From Chrysomallon squamiferum (Eukaryota > Animalia > Mollusca), in the NCBI GenBank assembly GCA_012295275.1, contig CM022665.1, positions 1,302,001 to 1,366,000 on the forward strand: a stretch of DNA of 64,000 nucleotides, in the 5' to 3' direction. The translations under genes were made by a program, and so were the position numbers. This document shows positions 1-12,455 of the stretch, piece after piece; the first letter of the stretch is position 1; each line of letters starts with the position of its first letter. Under the pieces are notes generated by a model, which worked only from the letters and a program-made list of their open reading frames with translations, did no database searches and was not told the DNA's origin.

Positions 1-2299
1 AAAAAAAAAAAAAAAACAATTTGAAAAAAATATGTAACATTGAAATGGACCTTTTTTTAAAATTATATATTTCTTCCTTTGTTTATTATATTGATTGCAA
101 GTTTTGATCAAGGTGTGTTATAACTATACATACATATACATACAAGCAAAAACAGATACACAATCATGTCTCCAAAAACATGTGACACACATGACATATG
201 TACATATATAAATTTCTTATTGAATACATTCCAATACTCATCTACTCTTGAATATTTTATTAAGTTTTAAACTTGTTCCCAAACAATCTTGTGTTCTGCT
301 TCCAAAGTATTTTGGAGCATTATATGCCACAGGTCATGATCATACATTAATAACAAGTGGGTTGAAAGAGTACATACCCTCCACCTCAATTTTGTAATTA
401 CCATGGGTCACAATGTGAGATAGCTTTCCATATGTATTCTGTCTAGAATGATATGTACAAGCATATTATATCTGGATCAGGCAGGTTGCTTTGTACAACA
501 AATAGAGCAAGTCTTGAATTTAATATTAGAATTTTGTTGTCTTTTTATAAGAATTTAGTTACAGGTGCTTCAATTTTTATTATTAATAGTTATTCAAAGA
601 AGAATGTTGATTATTAGCAGAACTCTTGTCTTGATTGTCATAAGAATGATTATTAGTGAAACCCATGAGCAAATCACCATTCCAGCTAGAACTCCTTCAC
701 TTGTATATATATATATATATATAAATATATAACATTTTCTTTTTAACTCAAAATTAAACACATACTTTACATCAAAAAATAATTACAATTACTGAAATGA
801 TAAATAAGATAAAATAATATTTTTTATTTTGATTAGATTGTAAATGTGAGAATTATAACATTTCGGAATTACAAACTAAAATGTTTAAAGATGTTTGACC
901 ATATAATTTTTAATTTCACTATATACGTTTCCTTGCTTTGTAAATGTACAAACTGATTACTTTCAACATCAAATATTTCTTTTTATGTCCTTATAAAATA
1001 CATGTTCTGTATTTTTGAACTGGCTAAGCATACAACCTTTTGATTCACTTTTCTGCCTTAATATTTTTTATTTTATTATTATTTTTTTTAAACCACTACT
1101 TTTACTCCAAATGAAACCTGACTCCCAACAGTTCTAAAAGGAATGTTAGGGTGAACAGTTGGTTACAGGGCAGAAACCTTGAACACAAACAATTGTTCCT
1201 TTTCACCAACAGTGAAACCGGTATTATTTTCTGCTAGCTAACACTTCTGTTCACAAAGAAACTGTTATACTTCACACATGACAGGAATCATAAACATAAA
1301 TCTCTCTCACATTCACACACACTTTTACTATGATTTGATTAACTTGGAATTCACCACATCAGAAGAAAGTCATAATGGTTTGTTTATCAGATCAAGGTAT
1401 GTTGTGCATTATTTGGCAATTTAATTTGTATTTTTAAAATCCCTGATTTTTAAGGACAGAAAAATGTCTATGCTGCTTAAAGTGCTTTTGAAAATATTTG
1501 TGATTTTGTCTGAATAGGGTGTAAACCAGAGTGGTTTTGTGGACAAAAAGCAATTTCTGTTTATATATACATATTTAAAAATAAACCTCAGACATTTAGT
1601 CTTTGGCTTTATATTACTATAAAATAATTTTAAAACTGTATTAATAATTATAACTTTTTGTTAAGCACAATAAGAAAAATGCATTTGAAGCTCATATTAT
1701 TAGTATAAATAAAGTAAAAAGATTTTATTTATCTTTTCTGGTATTACTGCAAAATATAATCAGGTATAGCTGCAGAATAAAATATTTAAATTGCATGTTT
1801 CTCTTACCCTTTTTTTACTTGTTTAAAATATTTATTTTGATCTTTTATATTATTTATATTTTGTTTAAAATAATATCAAGACAAAAGTGAATATAACCTA
1901 ATAATGTTCACAAAGACACACTAAAGTTTTCACTCGGTGAAAGGTTTATATAGCTGAATATATTTTAGGTCTTGGAATTGACTTCACAGATAATTAAATT
2001 ACTTGATTCCATTTTTTTTTATACATAAATATTATGAATCGGATTTAAATGTGTTTTATTCCAATAATTATAATTTATATATTTTATATTTTATATTCAA
2101 ATTAGATTGAAGGCATAAATAATGCTGATTTGTTTTGTTTTTTGTTCTAAAAGTTGGAAGTGTGCTCCTTCATAGGTTGCAGAGTTTATGAATGGGTATG
2201 GGGTTTTCACATCAAAATAAATGGCTTAGATTGCATTTGAAATGTATGGATACATGTTATAACATCCAAACTGCAGTACAAAAGAATGTTTGTTGCCAA

Positions 2300-2860
2300 A
2301 ATAAATTTAGAAGAGACATATGACCATATAATAAATTGTGCATCATGTTTTTTTAAAAGATTGTTTCTGCCATATCTGCATGTTTCCATTGAAATGTTCT
2401 TCTCTACCCTGTCTGATTTCTTTAGCAATTCAAGGCCTAAAGGCAAGAAGTGTTCACCCTGTGGAGATCTATTGTGTTAATATTTCATTTCCAGTACACT
2501 TGATGACAAGGCAAAGTATAATAGCCAGATAACAGGAAAAGAGCCAGAAAGGTTCTGCTGTCATGGCAGTTGGTATCAAAACTATGATTACCATTGTCAT
2601 GTTGGGCTTACAGCTTTGTCTGAGTACCCAAGATCTGTTTGAAAGCTGGATTTCAGGCCAAGGTTACTGTATTTATAGGTCTGGTTTTAGATCTTGCCTC
2701 AAATGAACTGTACTTGTTCTTGGTAACCACCACTTTAAAACAATGGCTTCTGCTTCTACAAAAATCTCTTGATGATTTAAATTATGAATGCCACTTCTAC
2801 TTTCATCAGATTCTGAACTGTCACCTTGAGTCTAATGTAAACACCACATACAAAATAACC
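2300..2860 (-). mobile_element. Decayed piggyBac (PGBD2/3-like) transposase fragment
   Basis: Reverse strand of 2491-2556 reads RTFLALFLLSGYYTLPCHQVYW, matching the piggyBac motif F(L/I)(G/A)ILLLSGYxxLPxxxMYW. It is preceded by a frameshifted GNHSF-like segment and an acidic GDSSESDES stretch, and followed by a YGR motif. Many stops and frameshifts; ends approximate. Confidence 0.6.
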
Positions 2861-4925
2861 ATGATCTTCAATAATAGATGGGAAGCACTGGACCACATAC
2901 ATATGCTATATAGCCTAGAAAAATAAAGAAATTAAAAAATAACATTAGCTCCACATTCAATATTTTTGCATGCACCCTTTAAATGTGTGTTTCTTATAAT
3001 GAATTGAGTTGTGGGTTGACATTCTGATGTAGAATTATAGTTCCACACCTTCAGTATTTTTACACATTACATTTATAACAAAATATTAATTAAATTCCAA
3101 AAAATGAGAAAAAGTTTTATTTCAGTAATGTCTTAAATAAGGCAACTTAAATAATATTTCACCATTTACAAAATAGCTTCCCCAATTGCTCCCAATGCAC
3201 ACTAACAAGGTGCATTATAATTTTTATCAAACATTCAAGGGAAATTTTAGTAATTGTTTTTTCTTTCTTCCCATTTTTTGAACTTCTAGAAATGTTCACC
3301 AGACAGCTATTGTAATAATGATTAAAGTGAGTGAACCTTGTGGATGTGCACAGATTTTTGAACCAGTGATGGGTTTTTTATATGATATCTGCCATTTGAC
3401 TGAAACAGTAAAATCTTGTGAATAAATAAACAAATTAGTAAATAAATTCCTGATATTTACATAATCATATGACAAAACATAAAAAGAAAGTTATACAAAA
3501 ACATGTTTTTGAACTATTTTACACTTCACTGACTTTGGCACTAAATGGAACTTTAAAATTGTTTCATGTTGTAATTTTCTTTATTTTCTGACTTCATTGA
3601 AAATATTATTCATTTAAAACAAGTCAGAAGAGGAAAATGGAACCAAAAGATTTTTTTGGCAGAATTTTTTTTATAATGTTTCCTTTTATTAAAGAATATT
3701 ACATAAATAAATAAATAAATCAGTATGAATATTGTTAATTAATAGCCATCAAATGTTTTGTATTCAGTGTTAGCCATCCGTATCACCTTATTTTACAGTA
3801 TCATTATAATTACTATTTTATGGGGGGGTATTATTATTTTTTATCATCTAATAGTCTGTGGACCTTTGCAGGTCACCAAACTTAGGGTAATGAGATCCCA
3901 GATGTTATTAAAGACACTGAGAGTGTGACAACATGACATGATAGTTTTAACAAAAAGTCTTGTCCTCAAAACCATGGCCTGTCACAGTCAACATGGTGGA
4001 TGATGTATAACATCACTTTCATTACACCATAACATAGTCTGCTTTTCAGAGTAAGGTTTTGATGTTTTTAGGATAACAGATAAAAGTTGGTACAAATTCC
4101 ATTTCTGTACTCTGTAAATTGAACTTTTTGTAGTTTCAGTTTTGTTTTTAAAACTTAATTTAGGTTTCAGAGTATTTCAAATTATAATGTTTATTTTTAT
4201 TTTTATAATATATTTCATGTTTCTGTTTTATCTTTTTTATTATTAAAAACACTTTTAGTTTTGTTTATAACTGAAGGCTAAATGACAATACATTGATTAA
4301 ACAAATACTGCAGTGAACAATGCAGATAAAGGCTGGCAAGTCACATGTAATAAAAAATAAAATGAAGTGATGATGATTAACCTTGAAAAAACTAGTTAGC
4401 TAGAAATAATGTAATAATTTTTATGGCATATATATATGATAAAACAGTAAACCAACTGTTTCATATATTTTTCTTGTTTTTGTGTGCCAAATACAAGGTT
4501 AGTGTTATAGAAAAATCTGTATTGGTCGTACACTTTCTTAATTACCTATGCATAGAAAGTATTGAAAAAAGAAGATATATATATATATATATATATATAT
4601 ATCTTCATTTTCATAGGAACAAATTATTTTGATCTACCATATCTCTGAATTCTTAATACTATAGATTAAAATACATATACATAAAAATAAAAATTTAGAC
4701 ATTATATATTTTTTTAACATTTGAACAGACTTTTTATATCATCTTAGATAACAGATCAGAACATTTCAATATTGTTTTTCACATTCTCTTTAAAAAAAAT
4801 AATTAATAGAAGAAACAAAAATAATAATATGAAAAGATACAAGTTTTTCATTTCATTCTATAGATTAGCATTTTTATTTTGTTGCATACATATAATGGAT
4901 TATTTTGAGTGTGTTTCTTTTTCAG

Positions 4926-7900
4926 ATTTGTAGCCATATCATCCATGGACATTGAATTTGAAAGAATTGATTTGAATCAGTGTCCAATTTCTGAGGGTAA
5001 CCCAGCACCTAACTATTTTGGAGGAACTGCCAGATGCAAACCTACTACCATGGTAATACTTGTTACTAAACTTTAATTTATATATCGGCATGGCAATTAG
5101 GCTATTTCCCATTGCAGCATATTACTTCCATGGGTAGTCCATAAAATATCTGTGGGAAGGTTTATGTGAAAGTCCCCTCCAGCTAATTGAAATTTGCCTG
5201 TCTGATAATTATTATCATACCAGAAAAATGTAATTTGATACCTAATACTAAAATGAGTTAATGTGAAATTAAAAGTCAATGTACTTTAGCTGAAATTGTT
5301 GTTGTTGTTACAAAAATAACATGACATAATATTAAGATTTTTTTATTTCATTTATTCATTTATTATTTTAAGTATCATCATCATCATCATTATTATTTGA
5401 ACAGAAAGAAAATATTACTTGTTTTTATATATGTTTTTGTTCCAGTGTGAACCGTTACCTGGCTATGGCTTCCGACGAGGTGGTTATCAGTGTGTCTGCC
5501 AACCAGGCCATTACTTCCCCTGGTATCATGATGGACCTTTTCTTGGTTTGGAGATTGAACAAGCTACATTTGAAGAGTATCAAATTGGCTTTGATTGCAT
5601 CAAAGTTGAAGGTCAGAATTTTTACTACTGCTTATGAATGTTGTGTGTTAAATCTTTCTTTTTAGGAAGTGCTTCATGACTGATTTATTAAGATCCAAAA
5701 AGGATCTCTTGTAGCCAGTAATGGCTCTGAGTTTCCTCTCATATTATCCACATAATGTTCCTGCATTCATTTCTTATCTTTATTCAGATTTGTTTTGAGT
5801 TGTTATGTGATCTATAATATTTGGCAAAAATATACTATCATGTTTTATATAAAATTAAAAATGATAACAATTAATACATTGTAAATTAAAGTAAAAAAAT
5901 AGGAAGGTAAATTGTAATCTTGTAAATTGTCATATTTTAATGTAATCAGTTTTTCATCCAAGCAGAATGTTTTTGTTGTTAAACTCAAAGCAATATTTTT
6001 TGACAACTTCAGAACGACAAGTGATTCCCAATGTAATGCCTGAATTTGTTGAAAGAAAGAAGAGATCAGTGTTAACAAAGAAAGATGAGTTTATAACTTT
6101 GATCAAATATCACAACATGAGTCCAAGACCCAGCAAGAGACAAAAGAAACATCTAATATCAAGGCTGAAGGATTATTATTCTGACAAAGAAAAGGAGAAA
6201 AGAGAAGGTCCTAAAAGAGCGAAATTCATTGCTCGACAGAAACGAGACATGACAATAAAACCAAATAAACGGCAGAAAAGAGATGCTATTGATGAGGAGG
6301 CAGTGACAAGAATGAACAGCATTATCCGTCGCAAGTACAACACCAACAAGAACAATTGCAAGAGCAAGAAGTTGTATGAACTGTTGTTGCCTGGTGATGC
6401 AGGGCATGGAGTAGATAAACAGTTTGAGGCTCAGGGCAGGACAGCTCTGAGGCTGGCCCATTTCTTGAGCAACTTCTTACAAAATGTTGATGAGTATGAA
6501 GAATTTGGCAATCTCCGGGGTGACAGAAGGATTAATGAAACACAAATGTTTGCTGAAGTAATAGCAAACATTATGGGAGATTTCAAGATTATGGGCAGTG
6601 GAGTGTTCTTTGAACGTTACAAGTTTCGAATGTCTCCTCCAATCAACAACACAGACCCAGCACTGGCCAGTGGGATAACAAGAGAGTTCTTTGGTCCTTA
6701 TGCTTTCAGACAGCAGATACAGGGAGATGGTCTGGATGAATTCAGAGCTGTTGATTTTGCTGGATTCAAACGTTACTACACGGATGAACCTTGGTTCAGA
6801 AACATGAAGTCAAGATGGGCCACCAATGTCCATGGGTTAAAGAAGTTCACGGCCAAGCCAATGATCAGGTCAAATCCAAAAGGGGAGAGTTTGGTTCGAT
6901 TTGAGTATTACCCTCTGACTTACAGAGCTGCACGCTATGAAGATGGTGAATGGCTCAGACCTGAGTTTAAATGTGATGACAGGATTATGGACTGGGTTAT
7001 TTCGTATGTTGTACCATTCTTTGGAAAGAATACACTGAAAACAGAAATTGAATTCAAGTATGTACCATGTCTTGTGTCATTAAACTTTATATGTGCTCCT
7101 TAAATATATTTCAGAAATGTTTTATTTTTTTTAAAATGAAAATATTCTTTTTTAACTTTAATAGAAAATTTATGTATTTTAGAAAAAGCAGAATTAAGCT
7201 ACAAATGTTTGACTTCAAAAGAAACATTTTTCTTATTAACTATTTGCTGTTCAAATCTGCACAAACAAATTTAAACAATGCATTTACTAATGTTATTTTT
7301 CAGGGGTGTTGTTACAGTGGATGTGAAATTAGATTATTTGGACATTAACCAGTGTCCAGCAGATTTTCATGTTGCCAATGCTTTCAAAAATACTGCCCGC
7401 TGTCACTATCAGTCACAATATGTAAGTTAAAAGTTCTGCAGTCAGTTAATTTCCATTAACAGAATCAGAAGCACCTAAAACAAAACGGAGTTAAAAAATT
7501 CCTGAATATAAAGTAAATTCTTTTCTGGCTTATATTTTATTTCTTCATCTTTTATTTTTATTATTTTAAATTTAAAAAAAAAAAAACATTTTTAATTTTT
7601 GTTTTAAAATAATATTGTAATTATTATAATTTTTCATTTTATTAATTCATTTGATCACATATACATATAGAATGTTTTATAGTGTGTTGATAAACAATCT
7701 GTGAATGTGTGCTTCCACTTGATACACAAAGAGAATGACTAAAAATGGGAAATACATTATGAACTCAACTCTACAAGCTATTTCTTGATCATAAATAATA
7801 TGTATATGTCTGTGGTTTCATATTGCCTTCATATGATTCAAACTGTCATTTCACATGTGGAAAACAACTGATGTCTGATCTTGGCACTGGCGGAATAATC

Positions 7901-8957
7901 ACGAGATAGTGAAGTGATTGTTTTCTGGTGTCAAAATTAGCTGTCAGTCTCATCATCCAGTTGTCTTCTGGTTATCAGTTATTAATACAAAAGAAATAAA
8001 ATGTCTTCAAAGTAATTATGTAATGGAGGGGAGATAATCAACAATGGAGTTTAATTTTAATTGTGTTTTTTTTTGTTTTGTTTGTTTGTTTGTTTTGTGG
8101 TCTTTGTTTTTTAATTGATAATTAATAATTAAAAGGGGAGTAACTAATTTAATGATTATTAGAGTTGATCATATGAATTGTAGATTGTTTTAGATAAATG
8201 GAAGACTATTTAAAGGTGAATCAGCAGTCCTTCTCTGTTTACAAATCTGAATAACTAATTTTTTTATCACCTTATTTGTTTTGTTTTTTTTGTAAAGTGT
8301 GTACCTCTGGAAGGCAAGAGGTTTGTTGGAGGTGGCTACAAGTGTGAGTGTCGCCAGGGTTACGAGTACCCATTCAATGATCTAGCCTGGTTTTTTGATG
8401 GTCAGACTATGGAGGAAGAGTGGCGTAAAGTGATGAATGGTGAACCTAACAGGTAACTTGAATTTTCTGTCAACAAAAGTCTAAATATACATACTGGGTT
8501 CTGAATTCATTCAGGCAAACACAGCAGTTTATAATGTGAACAAAATCCAGAATGTGTTTTGGGGGAGGTTTTAGCACCTGTTTAACTCTTTTCTAAATTA
8601 TTTATTATAGATTATCAATATCCACTAACAATTATGGCAATAAAATGTTAAGTAAAAACAAATCATTACAGTATTGATTTGCCCTTTATTTCTTTTAGTC
8701 TTTCTGTCAAGAAATGACATCATAAAACAAAGTGTCAGATTCTGTAAAGACTTGTTATATTACTCTGTCATAAGTTTTTATTATAAAAAGTTGATAAAAG
8801 AAAAAATAAGTCACTTCTAAGATTTATTAATGATTGTATGTTATTTTTCAGGTATGAAACACTGAAATGCAGAATAGCAGGAGCATCATCTTTGGCTTCC
8901 AGCATCACCCTCATCACTTTTATTGCTGTTATTTTATTGTTCTGGCAACAAAATTAA
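4926..8957 (+). CDS. GPR158/GPR179-type extracellular-domain protein (tandem Cache/EGF-like modules, no 7TM, hydrophobic GPI-like C-terminus); 5' exons not identified
   Basis: Six in-phase GT-AG exons: 4926-5052 (FVAISSMDIEFERIDLNQCP...TARCKPTTM), 5446-5611 (CEPLPGYGFRRGGYQCVCQPG...), 6013-7057 (...QGRTALRLAHFLSNFLQ...FFGPYAFR...YTDEPWFR...GEWLRPEFKCD...W.ISYVVPFFG), 7304-7421 (GVVTVDVKLDYLDINQCP...NTARCH), 8298-8452 (CVPLEGKRFVGGGYKCECRQGYEYP), 8852-8957 (YETLKCRIAGASSLASSITLITFIAVILLFWQQN*). The DINQC and GGYxCxCxxG motifs are typical of GPR158/179 ectodomains. Confidence 0.85.
7867..7948 (+). ncRNA. mir-96: microRNA precursor, miR-96/miR-263b family (mature 5p about 7880-7902), intronic
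   Basis: 7880-7902 CTTGGCACTGGCGGAATAATCAC has the TTGGCAC seed and matches lophotrochozoan miR-96(a) as I recall it. It pairs with the downstream arm GTGATTGTTTTCTGGTGTCAA across an ~11-nt loop, with a basal stem ACTGAT/GTCAGT. It lies in intron 7422-8297, sense to the host gene. Confidence 0.9.
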
Positions 8958-9121
8958 AATTAAAATTAATATTTTTTTTTTTTTTTTTTTTATATACCTT
9001 TTTGTTAACCTTTAAAACTGAAACTTTCAAAAGCCTAATGTGCCAACTGTTATTTAAATTTTAACAAATTAAAAATTTGTATTGTTTCATAAATGGAGGT
9101 TTTTCATATAAGAATCATCAG

Positions 9122-9171
<50 letters not shown>

Positions 9172-10269
9172 GTTTTTTAATTGTAAAATAATATAAAAAG
9201 AATTAATGGCATAGAAACATATTCATTTTCATTTCATTATTTTTCTACAAATGCTTTTTGTTTTGTTTTTTTTGGGTTTTTTTTTTAATTCTATGCAGAA
9301 AGTGAATTAATGTAAATCAAATTTTAACCCCTTTTGACAAGATATCATTTTTACTTGATAGTTTCATTCTTTTTATTTTTTCATTTTATCTTTATATCCA
9401 TTGTAGTTGAATGTATATTTGTATGTAATAAAATATGTAAATATATTAGAGTTCAACATTATACTCAATGTGTGATTTTTTATAGTAACATTACATGTAA
9501 ATTGAATGCAAGACGATACTTGCCACTGTTCACTTTTTGGGGTTTATTTTTCTATTTAATGATGATTCATTGGTAATTGTATTTATTGTTTACTTCAATA
9601 GATTTTCCAAATTCATCATCTCGTAGAAATTTTAATAAAGATATAAATAACATATACAGAAAAATTTATCAGTTAGAAACAATAAAATTTTGCTTTCCAT
9701 TTTTTAATTTTTTAGTTTTAAGAAAAAAAAAAATGCTTGATATGTAATACATATATATAAATATATTTAGTCAGATAAAAAGTTTTAATGCAAGATTTGC
9801 CTCTTACCTTTATTTACAAGGTGTGTACAGTTATAAATTTGTCTGCTGCAATACTAGATTTCATAAATCATTAATTACAGCAGTATAAATGTACTTCATA
9901 ATATTTTTTGTATATAACATGATTTTTTAACTGATTTTTATAAATGAAATAAACATTTGGTTTATTCTTGTTGTTTTGTCTGTCAGATTATAATTTTTTT
10001 ATATATAGTTGTTCACATTAGAACATTTCTTCAATCATACAGTTAGGATATGAAAATGACCAAAAAAAAAAAATAATAATAATAATTAAAATTAAAATTA
10101 TAGAAAATAATAATAATTATTATTATAATTAAATTGCCATTGATTTTACCAGTGACAGCTGCTGGGATCATATGTCAATACTAGCTCATACTGTAACAAA
10201 CTTCAATAATGTAAGACTGCTGCACCCTGTCATTTCACCAACTAATCCTCCAATTTTTTTTTTTTTAAA

Positions 10270-11720
10270 AGATGGTCACATATCTCATCAGTAGTATGAT
10301 CTGAAGTCAGCAGAAAAACTCCAGCTGCTTAATGTAAGAATGGACATGTGCCCCTACTATTTATTATATATATATATTATAATAAACAATAGATAATACC
10401 AACATCTTGTAATATGCCTCAGAGACAGCTATATGAAAAATCTACCCTACTGTAAACCTGAAATTTTTTCATTTGTGCTCAGCAATACAATTCATCTTTA
10501 GCTCCCTTTTCTCTCACCTGCAATCTGTATTGTTCAAGCAGATAAATGTGTATGTTTAAATGTCACTCCAAAATCTAACAATCCACATCTAAATCTTTCT
10601 AAAATTGGTTGGCTGAATCAATCTCAATGTAATAACACTTCTGAATTCAGTAATTATCTCATGATATAATGGCACACAAGTGATTAAAACATTTTACAGC
10701 ATGAAGAAAGTTTAAATTTAAAAATATGTTCAATCAGATGCATCTTACACTGATGGTTGATGGCCAAACAGAGGCAAGAAGAAATGCACTTTGCAACATG
10801 ATAGGCTCCTCTTGAATTTTTCATCAGTATCAAGTGATCTTTGATATGAACCTTCTGATATAAAAAAAAATGTCCATGACTGTAAAAAGAAAACAACAAC
10901 ACTTACACTCTTAGTATAACTATACATTAGATGACATTAACAAATTTCTTCCAAAACATCAATAGACTGATAACTCAAGACTGAAACTGGTAAAACATGA
11001 TGGACAGTAACTATCTGGTGTCTAAAAACAATTCATGAAATATTCATCACAAATTTATTTAACAACTAAACTTTAAAACCAATAATGATTCAGAAAAGTA
11101 AAGATATAAAGGTATATTGATTTGGTGTATAAGTAAAAATAAAAGATAAATAAAAAGAAGAAAACAGAAAGAAAGATAAAATTGGGTAGGGAAAACAAAT
11201 GGAAAGAAAGCAAGCAATTTCATATTTTATCACATGGTGAAACAACACACTCAAATTGCAAATGAATATTATAATTTTATTGTACATTCATCACATGACA
11301 TGTATGGTATTTTATATTATTGCATTATTGCAACAGTTCGAAAATCTGTTTTGGGCATCTTGGTGATATGTCTGTTTTGTGTAACACCACTGAGAAAAGC
11401 TACAATAGATATGGAGATACTGGCACAATTCTGGTACAGAGTTTTCTAGAAATGTACCTAGGAAAATTACCAAAGGGGGTCATTTAGAGAATGGCTTCTT
11501 CAGAAAAAGTTGAATTGAGACATTAAAGACATCTCACTGAAAATTACTGGTCAGTGACTCAGTGGTAATAAAGAACTCAACACACTATGTTTTTGTTGGT
11601 GAATGATGTTTTGGCCACAGACATTTCACAGTAGGACATTTTATTTTTTTAATGTTTATTACATCAACATAAAAAGTCAGGAGAGGAGTGTTTCTCAGTA
11701 CAACAGTTTGGGTACTTAAC
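10270..11720 (+). mobile_element. Fossil BED-finger hAT-superfamily transposase
   Basis: Degraded motifs occur in the expected order: WSH...A*CKN-GH...QHLVIC (BED finger, ~10272-10418), HLTLMVDGQTEARRNALCNMI (10741-10803, like the DUF659 TLMxDGWT catalytic motif), a TDNS-like remnant (~10965), YW (~11545) and ERSVSQYNSL (11681-11710, like the hAT dimerization-domain ERSFS). No long ORF remains. Confidence 0.55.
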
Positions 11721-12359
11721 TGGATTCATATTTTCCTGTGTTTACTGTATGCTTCTTTGCAATTAACTGCTGCAAATGACATGATTGTTGTAACAAAATT
11801 ATAGCATTTCATAGTAAAATTGTTTGTGTTGTTAAGTGGATTTGATTTTTCTTATGTTTACTGAAATTGCAGCTAATTGCTGCTTAAAATATTTAATGAT
11901 AGAGTCAGATGGCTAACTTTGGTGTCTTTCGAAGAACCATCAACCTCAGCTTTGTTCTAGTGTAAAACAGACTATATATGAAATCATGCATGGTAAGTTA
12001 AAGGAAACAAACTATGATGATATTTGACTTTGAGTGACACATACAAGATGCTCTCAACTCTGTATTTGGTGATCATGTCAGCGTAGAACATAAATCCCCA
12101 AGGACAAATGGCCCCCCTCCAAAAATGTACAGATTGAACAAAATTCTCCCAGCAAGGTAGGACAAAAACTCCCCAGTGAAAACACAAACTAGAACATAAA
12201 TCAAGATGAAATATATAGGACAAAAGCCTCTCTCCAAAGATAAAAAGCAACTTTGCAACCCACATTATTGTTGTATACATATCTTTATCAAAATCAGCTT
12301 AAAAATTGCATGATTATCAATTTAATGTGTTTGTTTGATCACATAATTATACTACAAAA

Positions 12360-12455
12360 TAACTGATAATAATCACAATTAAGATAAAGGATACAATTTG
12401 AACAGAGAGCTGTTCAAATCGTATCCTTTATCTTAATTGTGATTATTTTCAGTTA
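12360..12455. repeat. Near-perfect 46-bp inverted repeat (palindrome) with 4-nt spacer
   Basis: TAACTGATAATAATCACAATTAAGATAAAGGATACAATTTGAACAG (12360-12405), then AGAG, then CTGTTCAAATCGTATCCTTTATCTTAATTGTGATTATTTTCAGTTA (12410-12455); 2 mismatches. Confidence 0.95.

Noticed and set aside
3533-3560. TTTGGCACTAAATGG, a miR-96-like seed
   Set aside because: No complementary arm nearby to form a precursor.
5118-5168. Imperfect intronic hairpin
   Set aside because: Short GU-rich stem with no recognizable miRNA family.
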